Shown piece by piece: positions 52,327 through 64,000 of a stretch of DNA of 64,000 bases. Numbering within the stretch: the stretch's first letter is position 1; every line of letters starts with the position of its first letter. Both the position numbers and the translations under genes were made by a program. Source of the stretch: Octopus vulgaris (taxonomy: Eukaryota); assembly GCA_951406725.2 (NCBI GenBank), contig OX597825.1:15810001-15874000 (forward strand). The letters run 5' to 3'. Below the pieces are notes generated by a model, which did not search any database, was not told the origin of the DNA, and was given only the letters and a program-made list of their open reading frames with translations.

Positions 52327-52833
52327 GTAAATATCTAATTATGAATCCTATTATAACATTTAATTATGATATGGCAGTAAGCTGGTAGAATCGTTAGAAT
52401 ATCGGCGAGCTGACAGAAACGTTAGCATGCCAGGCAAAATGCTTAGCGGTATTCCGTCTGCCGTTACGTTCTGAGTTCAAATTCCACCGAGGTCGACTTT
52501 GCCTTTCATCTTTTCAGGGGTCAATAAATTAAGTACCAGTTACGCACTAGGGTTCGATGTAATCGACTTAATCACTTTGTCTGTCCTTGTTTGACCCTTC
52601 TGTGTTTAGCCCCTTATGGGTAACAAAGAAATAAGAATATCGGACCAAATACTTGACAGTATTTCTTTCTGTTATTTACAGGTTCTGGGTTCAAATACTG
52701 CCATGGCTGACTTTTACCTTTCAGTCTTTTGGGTTCGATAAGATAAAGTACCAGTTGAGTACTGTGGTCACTGTAATCAAATTTCCCCTCCCCTCAAAAA
52801 TGTTGGCCATGTTTGAAGATTTAAAATGAATAT

Positions 52834-53066
52834 TTAACCTTTTAGCATTCAGATTTCTTCGTCAAATACGTTGCTTATTTATTCACTTTGATTTGAATTA
52901 ATCACTCATTAATTACGTTGTAGCTTCAAGATTTCAGTGGTGTGCTTGTATATATTTAGAATTGACATTGTAGGGTAGGTGTAAGAGGTTGGATCTGGTC
53001 AGTTTTTACATAAAACAGGTTGAATATTTGGGCCAGATATGGCCAATTTTAATGCTAAAGAGTTGA
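52834..53066. mobile_element. TTAA-type MITE
   Basis: TTAACCTTTTAGCATT ... AATGCTAAAGAGTTGA. Related to 671-1103. Confidence 0.7.
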
Positions 53067-53154
53067 ATGATTTATAATCGCTATCGAGGCTTTTGAGCCT
53101 CATGGAGGCAAGGTGGCCGAGTTCCTCTCAAGTGTTGGGCCTCACAGATAAGTT

Positions 53155-53470
53155 TTAACCCCTTACCCAACAATTATTTTGAAAATAAATGTATTTTTTC
53201 AGACATATTTTTTAATTGTTTTATTTCACTATGTTTTGAATGGTGATTTCGAGGTATATTTCAAACCTTATTTATTATGAATTTTAATTCAATAATATTG
53301 ATTTTAAATTACCGCTTTGGGCAGAAACGAGTTAACCCGTTTTTAGACGAAGGAACTCGTTTGCTGTCGATTTTGGCGAGTCTATCTTTTGACGAGTTAA
53401 CTCGCCAGAGATAGAAAAAAACGATTTCGGTCAAAACGCATATATTTGTTTCTGCCGGGTAAGGGGTTAG
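53155..53470. mobile_element. TTAA-type MITE (second family)
   Basis: TIR TAACCCCTTACCC / GGGTAAGGGGTTA. Confidence 0.75.
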
Positions 53471-53560
53471 TTTATCTTTATCCTTAATTGATAAATTTTA
53501 TAATTCTAAGTATGTTTTGATTTTGTATTTGCTGTAAAATTTTGTTTCTTTTTTTTAAAG

Positions 53561-53758
53561 GATTGGCCAAGGAAAGAAGTCGACAACTCGGCAAAGCTGC
53601 CTTAGGAGGCCCATGGTCTCTCATTGACCACAACAACCAACCTAAGTCTAATAAAGATTTCTTTGGTCAGTGGGTGTTAATCTATTTTGGTTTCACCCAT
53701 TGCCCAGACATCTGTCCTGACGAAATCGAGAAAATGGTTCAAGCTGTTGATATGATGG
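53561..53758 (+). CDS. SCO1: SCO1 exon with the CxxxC copper-binding motif
   Basis: 198 nt, phase 1/1, AG/GT ends. Encodes [50 protein letters not shown]. Confidence 0.98.
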
Positions 53759-53979
53759 GTGAGTCACCGAAACATTTCAATTTTATTTCGCACTCAAAGT
53801 GAATATTGCATTAGAATGCACAATAATGCATTATTTATCATGAGAGGACTTGTACTGCATTAAAGCACTCATTTACCTCACTGACCACCAAAACTGTCAG
53901 ATCATGTGGCCTAGCTCTTCCTTGGGCTTGTCAGTGACAGACAGCCAGCTAGACATAGCAGCCGATTCCGTTGGTTACA

Positions 53980-54322
53980 AGTGAAGGCACATGGCTCAGT
54001 GGTTAGAGCGTCAGGCTCACAATCATGAGGTAGTAAGTTCGATTCCCAGACCAGGCTCTATGTTGTGTCCTTGAGCAAGACACTTTATTTCACGTTGCTC
54101 CAGTTCACTCAGCTCTAGAAATGAGTAACAATGCCACTGGTGCCAAGCTATAGCAGCCTTTCCTTTGGACAACATCGGTGGCCTGGAGAGAGAAGAAGCT
54201 GATATGCATAAGCAACTGCTGGTCTTCCATAAACAACCTTGCCTGGACTTGTGCTTCGGAGGGTAGCTTTCTAGGTGCAATCCCATGGTCATTCATGACC
54301 AAAGGGGGTCTTTACCCTTTTT
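53980..54322 (+). mobile_element. tRNA-derived SINE (fourth family); second copy at about 55955-56290
   Basis: GGCTCAGTGGTTAGAGC...GTTCGATTCCC head and shared tail ATCCCATGGTCATTCA...AAAGGGGGTCTTT. Confidence 0.85.
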
Positions 54323-54749
54323 TAATTGGTTGCAAATACCCTGTGAGCATATCGAAAATAATTAAAGCGACAGAAGCAGTGTTAATACCAAAGTAATATT
54401 TATCTCCCACTTATGATGGATGTTTGTGTTAGAACACACAATACTGTATTATTTGACATGAGAGGACTTCTCATATGGACTTGAGGCATATAAAAGAACT
54501 CCAGTTTATATTGCTGTAGGCGTAGGAGTGGCTGTGTGATAAGTAGCTTGCTTACGAACCACATGGTTCCAGGTTCAGTCCCACGACTACGATTACAATT
54601 TCACTTGGCTTGATAAGTCTTCTCAGCACAGAACAAAAATCATTGTGATGCTGAAAATAAAAGTGTTTTTTTTTTCTTTTTGCTTTCCCTATTTTTTCTG
54701 ATATCCATATAAACATATATTTTAATATTGAACTATTTCTCTCTTTTAG

Positions 54750-54842
54750 AAAAGAATCCTAATGTTCCGAATGTGCAGCCACTGTTTATTACAGTTGATC
54801 CAGAAAGAGACACTGTTGATGCCATTAAATTATATGTGAATG
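54750..54842 (+). CDS. SCO1: SCO1 exon
   Basis: 93 nt, TTTTAG acceptor and GTAAGT donor. Encodes [31 protein letters not shown] (DPERD motif). Confidence 0.97.
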
Positions 54843-54870
54843 GTAAGTCCCATCTTGAAAGAAATTCTTA

Positions 54871-55097
54871 TTAATCCTTCCGTTACCGTATTTCTGTTGA
54901 GATGTTCTGTGTTTCTCTCAATTAATTGTAAATATAACAGAATTTAGTAAAATAACTTAGTTATCATTAAGCTAGTGTTAGGAACATAAATCGTGACTAA
55001 GGTTTGGTGGAAGATTTTAATCCAAAACTTATGAAAACAAGACATTTGTACTCAGAGCCAGAACCGGTTTCAGCCGGGTTGGTAACGAAAGGGTTAA
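54871..55097. mobile_element. TTAA-type MITE (third family)
   Basis: TTAATCCTTCCGTTACC ... GGTAACGAAAGGGTTAA. Confidence 0.85.
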
Positions 55098-55430
55098 GAA
55101 GACAATATTTTATTTGATATTTCCAGTCACTGTGTAAGTGTGTGTGTAGTATTTCCTGTGCATACAGTTAGATATCAGACTGTTGCTGGTGAAGTTTGAG
55201 CTCTACACAGTATCATCATCCAATCTACTTCCAGTGAAGTGGTGTGCTTACTAACGTACTTAGTAGGATTACTAGTTATAATATACAGAGCAAAGGTAGG
55301 AATAAGCAGCATAAACACAAGATGCAATTTCCAAAGTACTGTTTGTTTGTGTTCCTGTGCTTGTCTGGAGAGCCCCACCTCTACAGAGGAAGTTTTATAT
55401 CTGATCCCATATGTTTATATATGCCAAACT

Positions 55431-55725
55431 GGAGGCGCAATGGCCCAGTGATTAGGGCAGCGGACTCGTGGTCGGAGGATCACTGTTTCGATTCCCAGAC
55501 CGGGCGTTGTGTGTGTTTATTGAGCGAAAACACCTAAAAGTTCCACGAGGCTCCGGCAGGGGGTAGTGGCAACCCCTGTTGTACCCTTTCATCCCAACTT
55601 TCTCACTCTTTCTTGAGTAACGCTGCAATGGACTGGTGTCCTGTCCAGCTGGGGGGAACACATAGAAACCGGGGAACCGGGCCCATGAGCCTGGCTAGGC
55701 TCGAAAAGGGCACATAAATAAATAA
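55431..55725 (+). mobile_element. Family C SINE
   Basis: 12-bp TSD ATATGCCAAACT at 55419-55430 and 55726-55737. Confidence 0.92.
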
Positions 55726-56877
55726 ATATGCCAAACTCACCTTAGGAATACATATACCAATATAATTTCAGTTGAACTATGACTAAAAAAAACATTTATT
55801 CTGCAAAAACGTATCGTTTTTATTTTCCATACATATAAACACATCTAATAAAATTATTCTCCATTTGTTTTAATTACACAATATATGTGTATTCAAAAGA
55901 AAATCCTGATGCATTTTCAGTTTTTTCTCAATATTTTTCACATATACGTATGTGTGTGAAGCTGCATTGCTGTGGTTAGAGCATCAGATTTACAATCACG
56001 TTGTAGTGAGTTCGATTCTCAGACTGGGCTGTATGTTGTGTTCTTGAGCAAGACACTTTATTTCACATTGCTCCAGTTCACTCAACTGTAGAAATAAATT
56101 GCAACATCACTGGTGCCAAGCTGTATCAGCCTTTGCCTTTCCCTTGGATAACATCAGTGGTATGGAAAGGGGAGGCTGGTATGCATGGGCGACTGCTGGT
56201 CTTCCATAGACAACCTTGCCCAGACTTGTGCCTGGGAGGGAAACTCTCTAGTGCTATCCCATGGTCATTCAGGATCAAAGGGGGTCTTTTACATAGCATC
56301 TTCCTCTGTTAACGTCCATTTTCCATGCTGGCATGGGTTGGACTCTGAAATGTGTGTCTTTGTCGTATCAGTTGTCCATAATGTACAGTTGGTGACCAAA
56401 AGGTCATTATGATAAATATATATCCAGCTCTGAAGGGCCACCAGTATAACTGTGTTTATTGTACCTTTATACATAAGTCTTTATGCCACAAAATAGAAAA
56501 AAAGTGTGGATGTAAAATTCATAAAGGGGAGTGAACTCTTGGAAGGGTCGTAACTCTTGTAAATTAACAGAAATATAGGATCAGTGGTGATTCTACCTGA
56601 TACAAAACCAAACTACATCTCATTTAGACTAACTGTTTTCCTAATTAGTTGGCCTATGACCCTCTCAATGACTTTCATCACCTAATCCAGCAATTTCATA
56701 CCCCTGGGATCAATTTTTTTTAACTAACCCTTTCAAAGAAATGCCCCAGCATGGCTGCTATCCAATGACTGAAAAAGATAAATACAGGATTTTTTATTTA
56801 TTTATTTTTTTCTTATAAATATTTTGGCAATTTTATTGATTTTCTTCCATTCTGATACCTAACTTTTATCTTTTCAG

Positions 56878-56993
56878 AATTTTCACCCAAACTGTTAGGT
56901 CTTACTGGAGACAAAGAAAGAATTCACCAGGCAACAAGAGCTTATCGTGTCTATTACAGTTCTGGACCGAAAGATGAAGACAATGATTACATT
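56878..56993 (+). CDS. SCO1: SCO1 exon
   Basis: 116 nt, TTTCAG acceptor and GTAAGA donor. Encodes [39 protein letters not shown]. Confidence 0.97.
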
Positions 56994-57008
56994 GTAAGAT
57001 TCTTTACT

Positions 57009-57479
57009 TTAACCCTTTCGTTACTGTATTTATTTTGAGATGTTCTGTGTTTCTTTCAATTGATTTTAAATATAACAAAGAATTTAGTAGAATAACTTGC
57101 CGGTGGCACCATCCGACTGCGGCCGTTTGCCAGCCCCGTCTGGCACCTGTGCTGGTGGCACGTAAAAAGCACCCACTACACTCATGGAGTGGTTGGCGTT
57201 AGGAAGGGCATCCAGCCATAGATACATTGCCAGATCAGACTGGGCCTGGTGCAGCCTTCTGGCTTCCCAGACCCCAGTTGAACCGTCCAACCGATGCTAG
57301 CATGGAAAGCAGATGCTAAACGATGATGATGATGAACTTAGTTATCATTAAGCTAGTGTTAGGAACATAAATTGTAACTAAGGTTTGGTGGAAGATTTTA
57401 ATTCAGAACTTATGAAAACAAGACATTTGTACTAAAGAGCCACAGCCGGTTTCAGCTGGGTTGGTAATGAAAGAGTTAA
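57009..57479. mobile_element. MITE of the 54871 family, interrupted by an RTE 3' fragment (about 57099-57334)
   Basis: Same internal sequence as 54871-55097. AACTT at both junctions of the insert. Confidence 0.88.
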
Positions 57480-57664
57480 TGTCAATTCAAAGACTAGACA
57501 AAGCAGCCTGGCTACTGTGATGCCAAGTCTGCACATGTCGCTATCCTTTCCTGCATATTTGAGCAATGATAATGGCTTTATTCAATCTCCAATTTCTCCA
57601 TATGGTGTGAAGAAAGAAATACAAGACAAACCATTGTTCTGTTTTCACTTCTGTATTTCATTTT

Positions 57665-58120
57665 ACATTGTAAAAAGCACCATCCAAACGTGGACTGTGC
57701 CGGTGGCACATGACCTGCAGTGCTTGAGGAGACCTATTGAGTCAAGTACATCAACATCAAAATAAATATCAAATGGAAATTGTAGCTGTGATACCTGTGC
57801 CGGTGGCACGTAAAAAGCACCATCCGAATGTGGCCGATGCCAGTGCCACCTTGACTGGCTTCTGTGCCAGGGGCACGTAAAAAGCACCAACTGATCATGG
57901 CTGCTGCTAGCTCCCCCCCCCCCCCGGCACCTGTGCCGGTGGCACGTAAAAAACACACACTACACTCACGGAGTGATTGGCGTTATGAAGGGCATCCAGC
58001 TGTAAAAACACTGCCAGATCAGACTGGAGCCTGGTGCAGCCTTCTGGCTTCCTAGACTCCGGTCGAACTGTCCAACCCATGCTAGCATGGAAAACAGACG
58101 TTAAACTATGATGATGATGA
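57665..58120 (+). mobile_element. RTE 3' UTR fragment
   Basis: GCCGGTGGCACGTAAAAAGCACC repeats and (GAT)n tail. Confidence 0.85.
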
Positions 58121-58149
58121 CAAGAAGGCTTTTGCTGTGAAGTACCTTT

Positions 58150-58878
58150 TGGTAGTCTGTTACATCAACTCCAATTCCCAACTGGTACTTATTTTATTGA
58201 TCCTGAAAGGACGAAAGGCAAAATTGACCTTGGCATAATTTGAACTCAGAACATAACGACAGACAAAATGTTGCCAAGTATTTCATCCAGCATGCCAACA
58301 ATTCTGCCAGCTCACTGCCTTAATCTCTAATTTAATATTAATTATTGTTTTAAGGCGGCGAACTGGTGGAAACGTTAGCACGCTGGGCGAAATGCTTAGC
58401 AGTATTTCATCTGTCTTTACATTCTAAGTTCAAATTCCACCGAGGTTGACTTTGCCTTTCATCCTTTCGGGGTTGATAAATTAACATCATTTACATTATT
58501 TACAGTTAACGGATATTTGTCATACCCTCCAGCCTTCATCAGGTGTCTTGGGGAAATTTCGTACCTGGGTTCTCATTCCTAAGGTATTTTTCGATATTAT
58601 TATTCAGGTCACTAACAGGAAAAAAACCTTAGGAATGAGAACCCAAAATTTCTCCAAGACACCTGATGAAGGTTGGAGGGTATATCAGCCAAAACATTGT
58701 GTTAACAACAAACAAGATGAGGACAAATATCCGTTAACTGTAAATAATGTACATAAATTCCAAATCTCTTAAATATAGAACTGTATCGATAAATTAAGTA
58801 CTAGTTCCGTAATGGGGTCGATCTAATCGACTGACTCCCTCTCCCAAAATTTCGGGCCTTGTGCCTAAAGTAGAAAAG
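58150..58878. mobile_element. Head-to-head family B SINEs (minus 58150-58320, plus 58352-58878); the latter is interrupted by a palindromic element
   Basis: The plus copy has an 18-bp TSD AATATTAATTATTGTTTT (58334-58351 and 58879-58896). Confidence 0.88.
58485..58785. mobile_element. Second palindromic Penelope-derived mini-element (hammerhead motif decayed)
   Basis: Same family as 50941-51206. TSD T(T/C)GATAAATTAA. CTGATGA is intact but CCGAAACG has become CCAAAACA. Confidence 0.8.
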
Positions 58879-58914
58879 AATATTAATTATTGTTTTGTCT
58901 TTTTTTTTTGGCAG

Positions 58915-59049
58915 GTGGACCATACTATTATCATGTACCTGATAAACCCAAAAGGTGACTTTGTAGATTATTTTGGTCAGAACCGAACCGCTGAAGACAT
59001 TTATAATTCTATAACATTGCATATGAAAAAGTATGAATTTAATAATTAA
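58915..59049 (+). CDS. SCO1: SCO1 last coding exon (conserved copper-ligand His)
   Basis: Poly-T plus GGCAG acceptor. Encodes [44 protein letters not shown]. Confidence 0.98.
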   Translation: MDHTIIMYLINPKGDFVDYFGQNRTAEDIYNSITLHMKKYEFNN

Positions 59050-59124
59050 ATACAAATTTTAACTTTTCTAAATTAGATAATGAGAAATTTAAATGTAAAA
59101 ACCTGTTTTAAAAAACTAAACCAT

Positions 59125-59130
59125 AATAAA
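59125..59130 (+). terminator. Candidate SCO1 polyadenylation signal AATAAA
   Basis: First AATAAA after the stop codon, about 75 nt downstream. Confidence 0.5.
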
Positions 59131-59224
59131 TTGTTATATAAATTAAGTTTCACATATATAATTATTATTAAGTTTTACATTTATAGACTTATAGTTGTCC
59201 AAATTATAACAAAACAGTTTAAAT

Positions 59225-59690
59225 TTGGATGACCATGGACTCTATATCCATAAGCTGGTTCTGATAGCTGAATCCGTTGAAAAAAATTTAAAGAAGAAAT
59301 TCAAAATGTGGAAGCAAAACCTAGACTTGAAGAGTCTTAAAATAAACTTAGCAATGTCAAAGACCTTTTAGCAGGAAAGAGAGAATTGAATTGTATTACT
59401 ATCTGGAATGTGGCCATGAAAGAGAAAAGACTGATCCTGAAAAGGGGTTGTGATGTGTACAAAGAATGACATTTGAGTAGACAAATGATTCAAGGGGAAA
59501 GTGAACTTGCCGGAAAACATGGAGAAGTGGTAAAAGCTGATCTCAAGTGGCTGAACTTTGGAAAGGACCAAAACAATGGTGAGAAACTGAATTGGAGATG
59601 ACACATCTTACCATGCAAGCAGAAAAACAGATATAAAATCACATTTCTTCCTCCTCCACCAAGCAATAGAGGGTTTTGTCACAAAAGTCT
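59225..59690 (+). mobile_element. Old RTE remnant
   Basis: KKFKMWKQNLDLKSLKINLA parallels WKQGLELKGLRVNLAK of the RTE. RKTWR.VVKADL follows downstream. Confidence 0.6.
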
Positions 59691-59739
59691 GAACTGTACA
59701 AAGCACATTATTTGAAGGTGTGTGTGTGTGTGTGTATAT

Positions 59740-60450
59740 ATATAAAATACAAAATGGAACGAGAATGCAAAACATCCGGACAGTTAGGTGATACAAAAAT
59801 GGGACAACAAAACATCCAGATAGGCAATACAAACAAAACAAGGACGGTTCATTCGAAGTTTTCTTTCCTCAGTCGAGTACCAGATTATCTTCGCAATTTT
59901 GGCTGATTATACTCGAGATTGCTCCAGTCCGGCCAGCCCCAAGGAAAAATTAAGCTAAGAGCATTAGATTCCTTGGAAGAAAGCAGCAAATGTATACAAA
60001 AATAAGAATGGAAAAAAACGGACAATACAATAAAAGTAAGAACAGGATATAACAACAGGTGTCTTTCGACTAAGGACAAATTAAGTTAAGCTGGCATGTG
60101 TGGAAATGAAGCCTTATGGCAGGGATACAAGATTTCACAGGCACAGGGAGGAATATCAATGTTGCACGGACAACGGCCAGGCCAAGAAAGATCAGGTTTG
60201 GCCGAACGCCGGTCACAGGGGAAGAGAGAAGTAGAGGCAGAGGGACAGAAGAATTAAGGAGGGGCAAGAAAAAATGACAGAGACACAGTGAAGTGAAAAG
60301 TGGAGGGAAAGTGAGCAAGAAGAGAAGGCAAAGAAACATGAGGGAGGGGGAACGAAAGAACAAAGTGGAATGAACGAATAAGCACGAAAGGGCTGCCAAA
60401 CAGAAATAGTCGTACAAGATTTAGAAAAGTATATACGTACATATGAGACC
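59740..60450. mobile_element. Unclassified interspersed repeat between (TG)/(TA) runs, possibly Penelope-related
   Basis: Purine-skewed, bounded by microsatellites, no credible ORF. Confidence 0.4.
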
Positions 60451-61134
60451 ATATATATATATATATATATATAAAAATAAACAGTAATAGCTAGTTTGAA
60501 AATAATTTATTTACACCTATCAGACTAATGTAATCAATAACCAATCATTAGAATAGATTTAAATATCTCAAATTTTGTATAAGTAGTATTACTGGCTTTG
60601 TGGATAAAGGTGTTTGGTGACAGACAAGACAGTGGGGTAGATGGAGGTTTCGGCCCCAGGTAGAGTTTAGTGATATGATCTCATTTAGTTTTATTTTTCT
60701 CTAGAGATGTGTTAAAAGGGGGAAGAAAATAAAAAAACACCATCAGTATAGGCCATGGGCCAAGATTGATTCTTTGTCCAAGGGATGTGTTGCTATGTCT
60801 GTATGTCTTTACCCACAGGACCATTGAGACAATAACAATAGCTAGTTTGAAAATGATATATTTAAATCTTATATAGCTATTTGATGTGGTGGTGTTCATG
60901 GTTTTCTGTGACTTTAGTAATATTTGAGGGGAGAATGTGAAATGCTCCAGAACACAACATGCTACCCGATTCAGGAATTGATCTCACAGCCTTAAAGATT
61001 ATAAGCTGAACACCCTAACCACAAGGCCATGCACTTTCCTGGCAAAACCAGTAAAGTGATGGATTGATTTCCATTTATATCCTGGGTTCAAGTCCAGCTT
61101 AGCCTTTCATTCTTCTGGGGTCAATAAAATAAAG

Positions 61135-62047
61135 TATGGGCCATGACTGCTGAGGACATGCATAAGCATGCAAGGAATGAATCCAGTATGATCCAATGGA
61201 TGTGTAATGTCAGCATGCATACTTGACAGAATGTAGGTACCTTGAGAGAAAAGTTGGACCTAAGAAGCATCAGATGTAGTGTGCAAGAGAGACGACTGCG
61301 CTGGTATGGTCATGTGGTGAGAATGGATGAGGATAGCTGTGTAAAAAAGTGCCGCATCCTAGTGGTTGAGGGAAACTGTAGAAGAGGTAGACCCAGGAAG
61401 ACCTGGGATGAAGTCGTGAAGCATGACCTTTGAACATTAGGCCTCACCGAGGCAATGACTAGTGACCAAGACTTTTGGAAATATGCTGTGCTTGAGAAGA
61501 CCCAGCAAGCCAAATGAGACAATAATCAAATGGCCTATGCCAGGGGTGTAACCAGCTCACTCATGCATACGTTTCCTTCATTGGACACTAAACTCTGCTT
61601 GTGAAGACCTGTTGAGGCCAGTGAAATTGAAAGCGAAATCAAATTTGATGACTGGCATCTGTGCTAGTGGAGCGCAAAGAACACCATCCGAGCGTGATTG
61701 TTGCCAGAGCGGTAAACTGGCTTCCGTGCTGGTGGAACATAAAAGGCACCATTTGAGCATGATCATTACCAGCGTCGCCTTACTGGCACTTGTGCTGGTG
61801 GCACATGTAAAAAACACCATTTGTGTGTGGCCATTGCCAGTACCGCCTGACTGGCCTTCATGCTGGTGGCACGTAAAAGCACCCACTACACTATCAGAGT
61901 GGCTGGTGTTAGGAAGGGCATCCAGCTGTAGAAACTCTGCCAGATCAAGATTGGAGCCTGGTGCAGCCATCTGGTTCACCAGTCCTCAGTCAGAATCGTC
62001 CAACCCATGCTAGTATGGAAAGCGGACGTTAAACGATGATGATGATA
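61135..62047 (+). mobile_element. RTE 3' end (ORF C-terminus plus 3' UTR)
   Basis: RRLRWYGHVVRMDED...VEGNCRRGRPRKTWDEVVKHDL and a (GAT)n tail. Confidence 0.93.
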
Positions 62048-62361
62048 GATTTTGCTTAAGCTTAGAAATACTAATAACCAGATCTTAAAACTCAATAGAC
62101 AGATGCTTTTAGAGCAAAGTGATAGACGAGTATAGAGCAAAATATAAATTATTGAATAACAAGAAAACCAGAGTTAAGTAATCCCCTTCATTAGCTTACA
62201 GCTGTTTTTGCTACAAGTTCTGCATTCAGAGCTGAATGCTTTAGCAACATTCTACAGCTTTCTCGTAATGTGTGTAAGAAATGAACTCACAACCTCACAT
62301 TCGTAAGCTCAACACTCTAACCACTGAGGCATGCGCCTTCACCCAACTATATATATATATA

Positions 62362-62755
62362 TAAAAGTACAAAGTGAGATAGGGGTTATGAGTGTAACCC
62401 ACTATGGGATATCATTTATCCAATATACTGCCAGTAAAGTACCCAGAAAGGCTAATACATAAATGCTAAGAATTGCAATGCAATTAATTCATTTATTGTA
62501 TTATATGGGCGAAGGTAAAATGCTTTACCACAAATTCATAATACAAAATAAGAAAATGGAGGAATAGATTTCTTTCAATCATCAACTACTAGATAATACT
62601 AATTCATATAATTTATTAACTAATTATTTAGATTGAATAGGAACATCCAAATCCAACAGAATAATACAGAATTAGTTAATAAATTATATGAATTGGTATT
62701 ATCTGGTAGTTGATGATTGAAAGAAATCTATTCCTCCGTTTTCTTATTTTGTATA
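62362..62755. mobile_element. (TA)n-embedded inverted-repeat element
   Basis: About 85-bp inverted arms at 62541-62626 and 62670-62754. The left part is the reverse complement of the insert at about 19575-19658. Confidence 0.65.
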
Positions 62756-63554
62756 TATATATACATATATATTCATGCACTTTCTTATAGAAAACTGAGG
62801 AGAAATAGTGTTGTGTTAGTGACAATAGTCTTCAGAGACAACAGTCACGTTAATGAACCCGTTAGTAAGGCAATTATAACCATTTCATGGAATGAAATGG
62901 AAAAAAAGGATAAAGAAAATACTTAGCCTTGTGGTCATTTATTAACTTTATTATTATTATTATTATCATTAATTAACAACAACACTACAACACTGCCAAA
63001 ATATTTTCAAATTTCATCTTATTGACAGGGGAAAGAAACTTTTAGCTATAGAAAAAAAATACTGGGTTTTTTTCACAAAGGCCCTATGCTGTTAAGGGAA
63101 GCAAAATACGAAGTTGTGACTTCAAGGATTTTATGGGGAAAATTAAAATTGGTTTGTGTATTCAACTCACAAGGCACTTATTTATCTTCAGTTGACGTTT
63201 GCTGTATTTAGTTGAAGGATATTTTGAAAGGAAAACTCCCAAACTTTTAGTTGAAACAAATGACCCAAATGGAAGACTGCACACATTTGTGTATTGAGTG
63301 CATAAGGTTCTGTGAAATTGTTATCAGCAGTCTGCCTTGTTTGGATGACAGCGTATTTGGAAGGCACAGGACATTAATGAGTGTTGAACATAATGGGACT
63401 GTAACAGTTGTGACAGATGATAATCGCTGGCTTGCTATGAGGATAGGAGTTTGTCAGAAGAACAGAGCTGCTGAAATAATCAAAGAAAGTTATACAGGTT
63501 AATGACATTCACGTCTAGCACAACACTGCAAATTTAGTGGATAGGTAGTCAAAA

Positions 63555-63892
63555 ATCAATGGAAATTGTGGTCGTGATCCCTGTGCCAGTGGCGCGTAGG
63601 AGGCGCCATCCGGGCGTGGCCAATGCCAGCGCCGCCTTGACTGGCTTCTGTGCCGGTGGCACGTAAAGAACACCAACAGATTGTGGCCGTTGCCAGCCTC
63701 GCCTGGCACCTGTGCCAGTGGTATGTAAAAAGCACCCACTACACTCACGGAGTGGTTGGCGTTAGGAAGGGCATCCAGCCGTAGAAACACTGCCAGATCA
63801 GACTGGAGCCTGGTGCAGCCTCCTGGCTTCCCAGACCCCGGTCGAACCGTCCAACCCATGCTAGCATGGAAAACGGGCGTTAAACGATGATG
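63555..63892 (+). mobile_element. RTE 3' UTR fragment
   Basis: Match to 57665-58120. Confidence 0.85.
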
Positions 63893-64000
63893 TCAATTAA
63901 CTGACTCCAGTACATAACTGGTATTCACTTTAATGACCACCTTTCCTTCCAGCAGGAATATAAATAAGGAAAGTTATACCATGCTAATAAGGACATCTGA

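Noticed and set aside
63251-63502. Plus-strand 83-aa ORF
   Set aside because: Non-ATG start and no recognisable homology.

Overview
Repeat-dense eukaryotic genomic DNA. The SINE, RTE and Penelope repeat families look like those of a coleoid cephalopod, probably Octopus (inference from repeat recognition). One host gene is supported: a + strand, multi-exon SCO1/SenC copper chaperone for cytochrome c oxidase. Its coding exons are 47569-47700, 48741-48815, 52236-52326, 53561-53758, 54750-54842, 56878-56993 and 58915-59049, with a probable ATG-only first coding exon ending at 43671 (about 280 aa, CPDIC motif and conserved His intact). The rest is microsatellite and transposon debris: tRNA-derived SINEs, RTE, CR1, R4/Dong-like and Penelope retroelements, mariner remnants and MITEs. 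Almost all ORFs in the supplied track are translations of these repeats. A 5-6 kb segment (about 32240-38181 versus about 39507-44404) occurs twice around a 100-N scaffold gap, most likely as two haplotypes. The most interesting signals are (i) ~270-300 bp palindromic, TSD-flanked Penelope-derived elements in SCO1 introns that carry hammerhead ribozyme motifs, (ii) repeated short-range template-switch (fold-back) scars, (iii) a CR1 with a 53-54 bp target duplication plus an empty-site paralogue, and (iv) a CpG-decay footprint over the gene body. I see no evidence of a novel multi-gene system.
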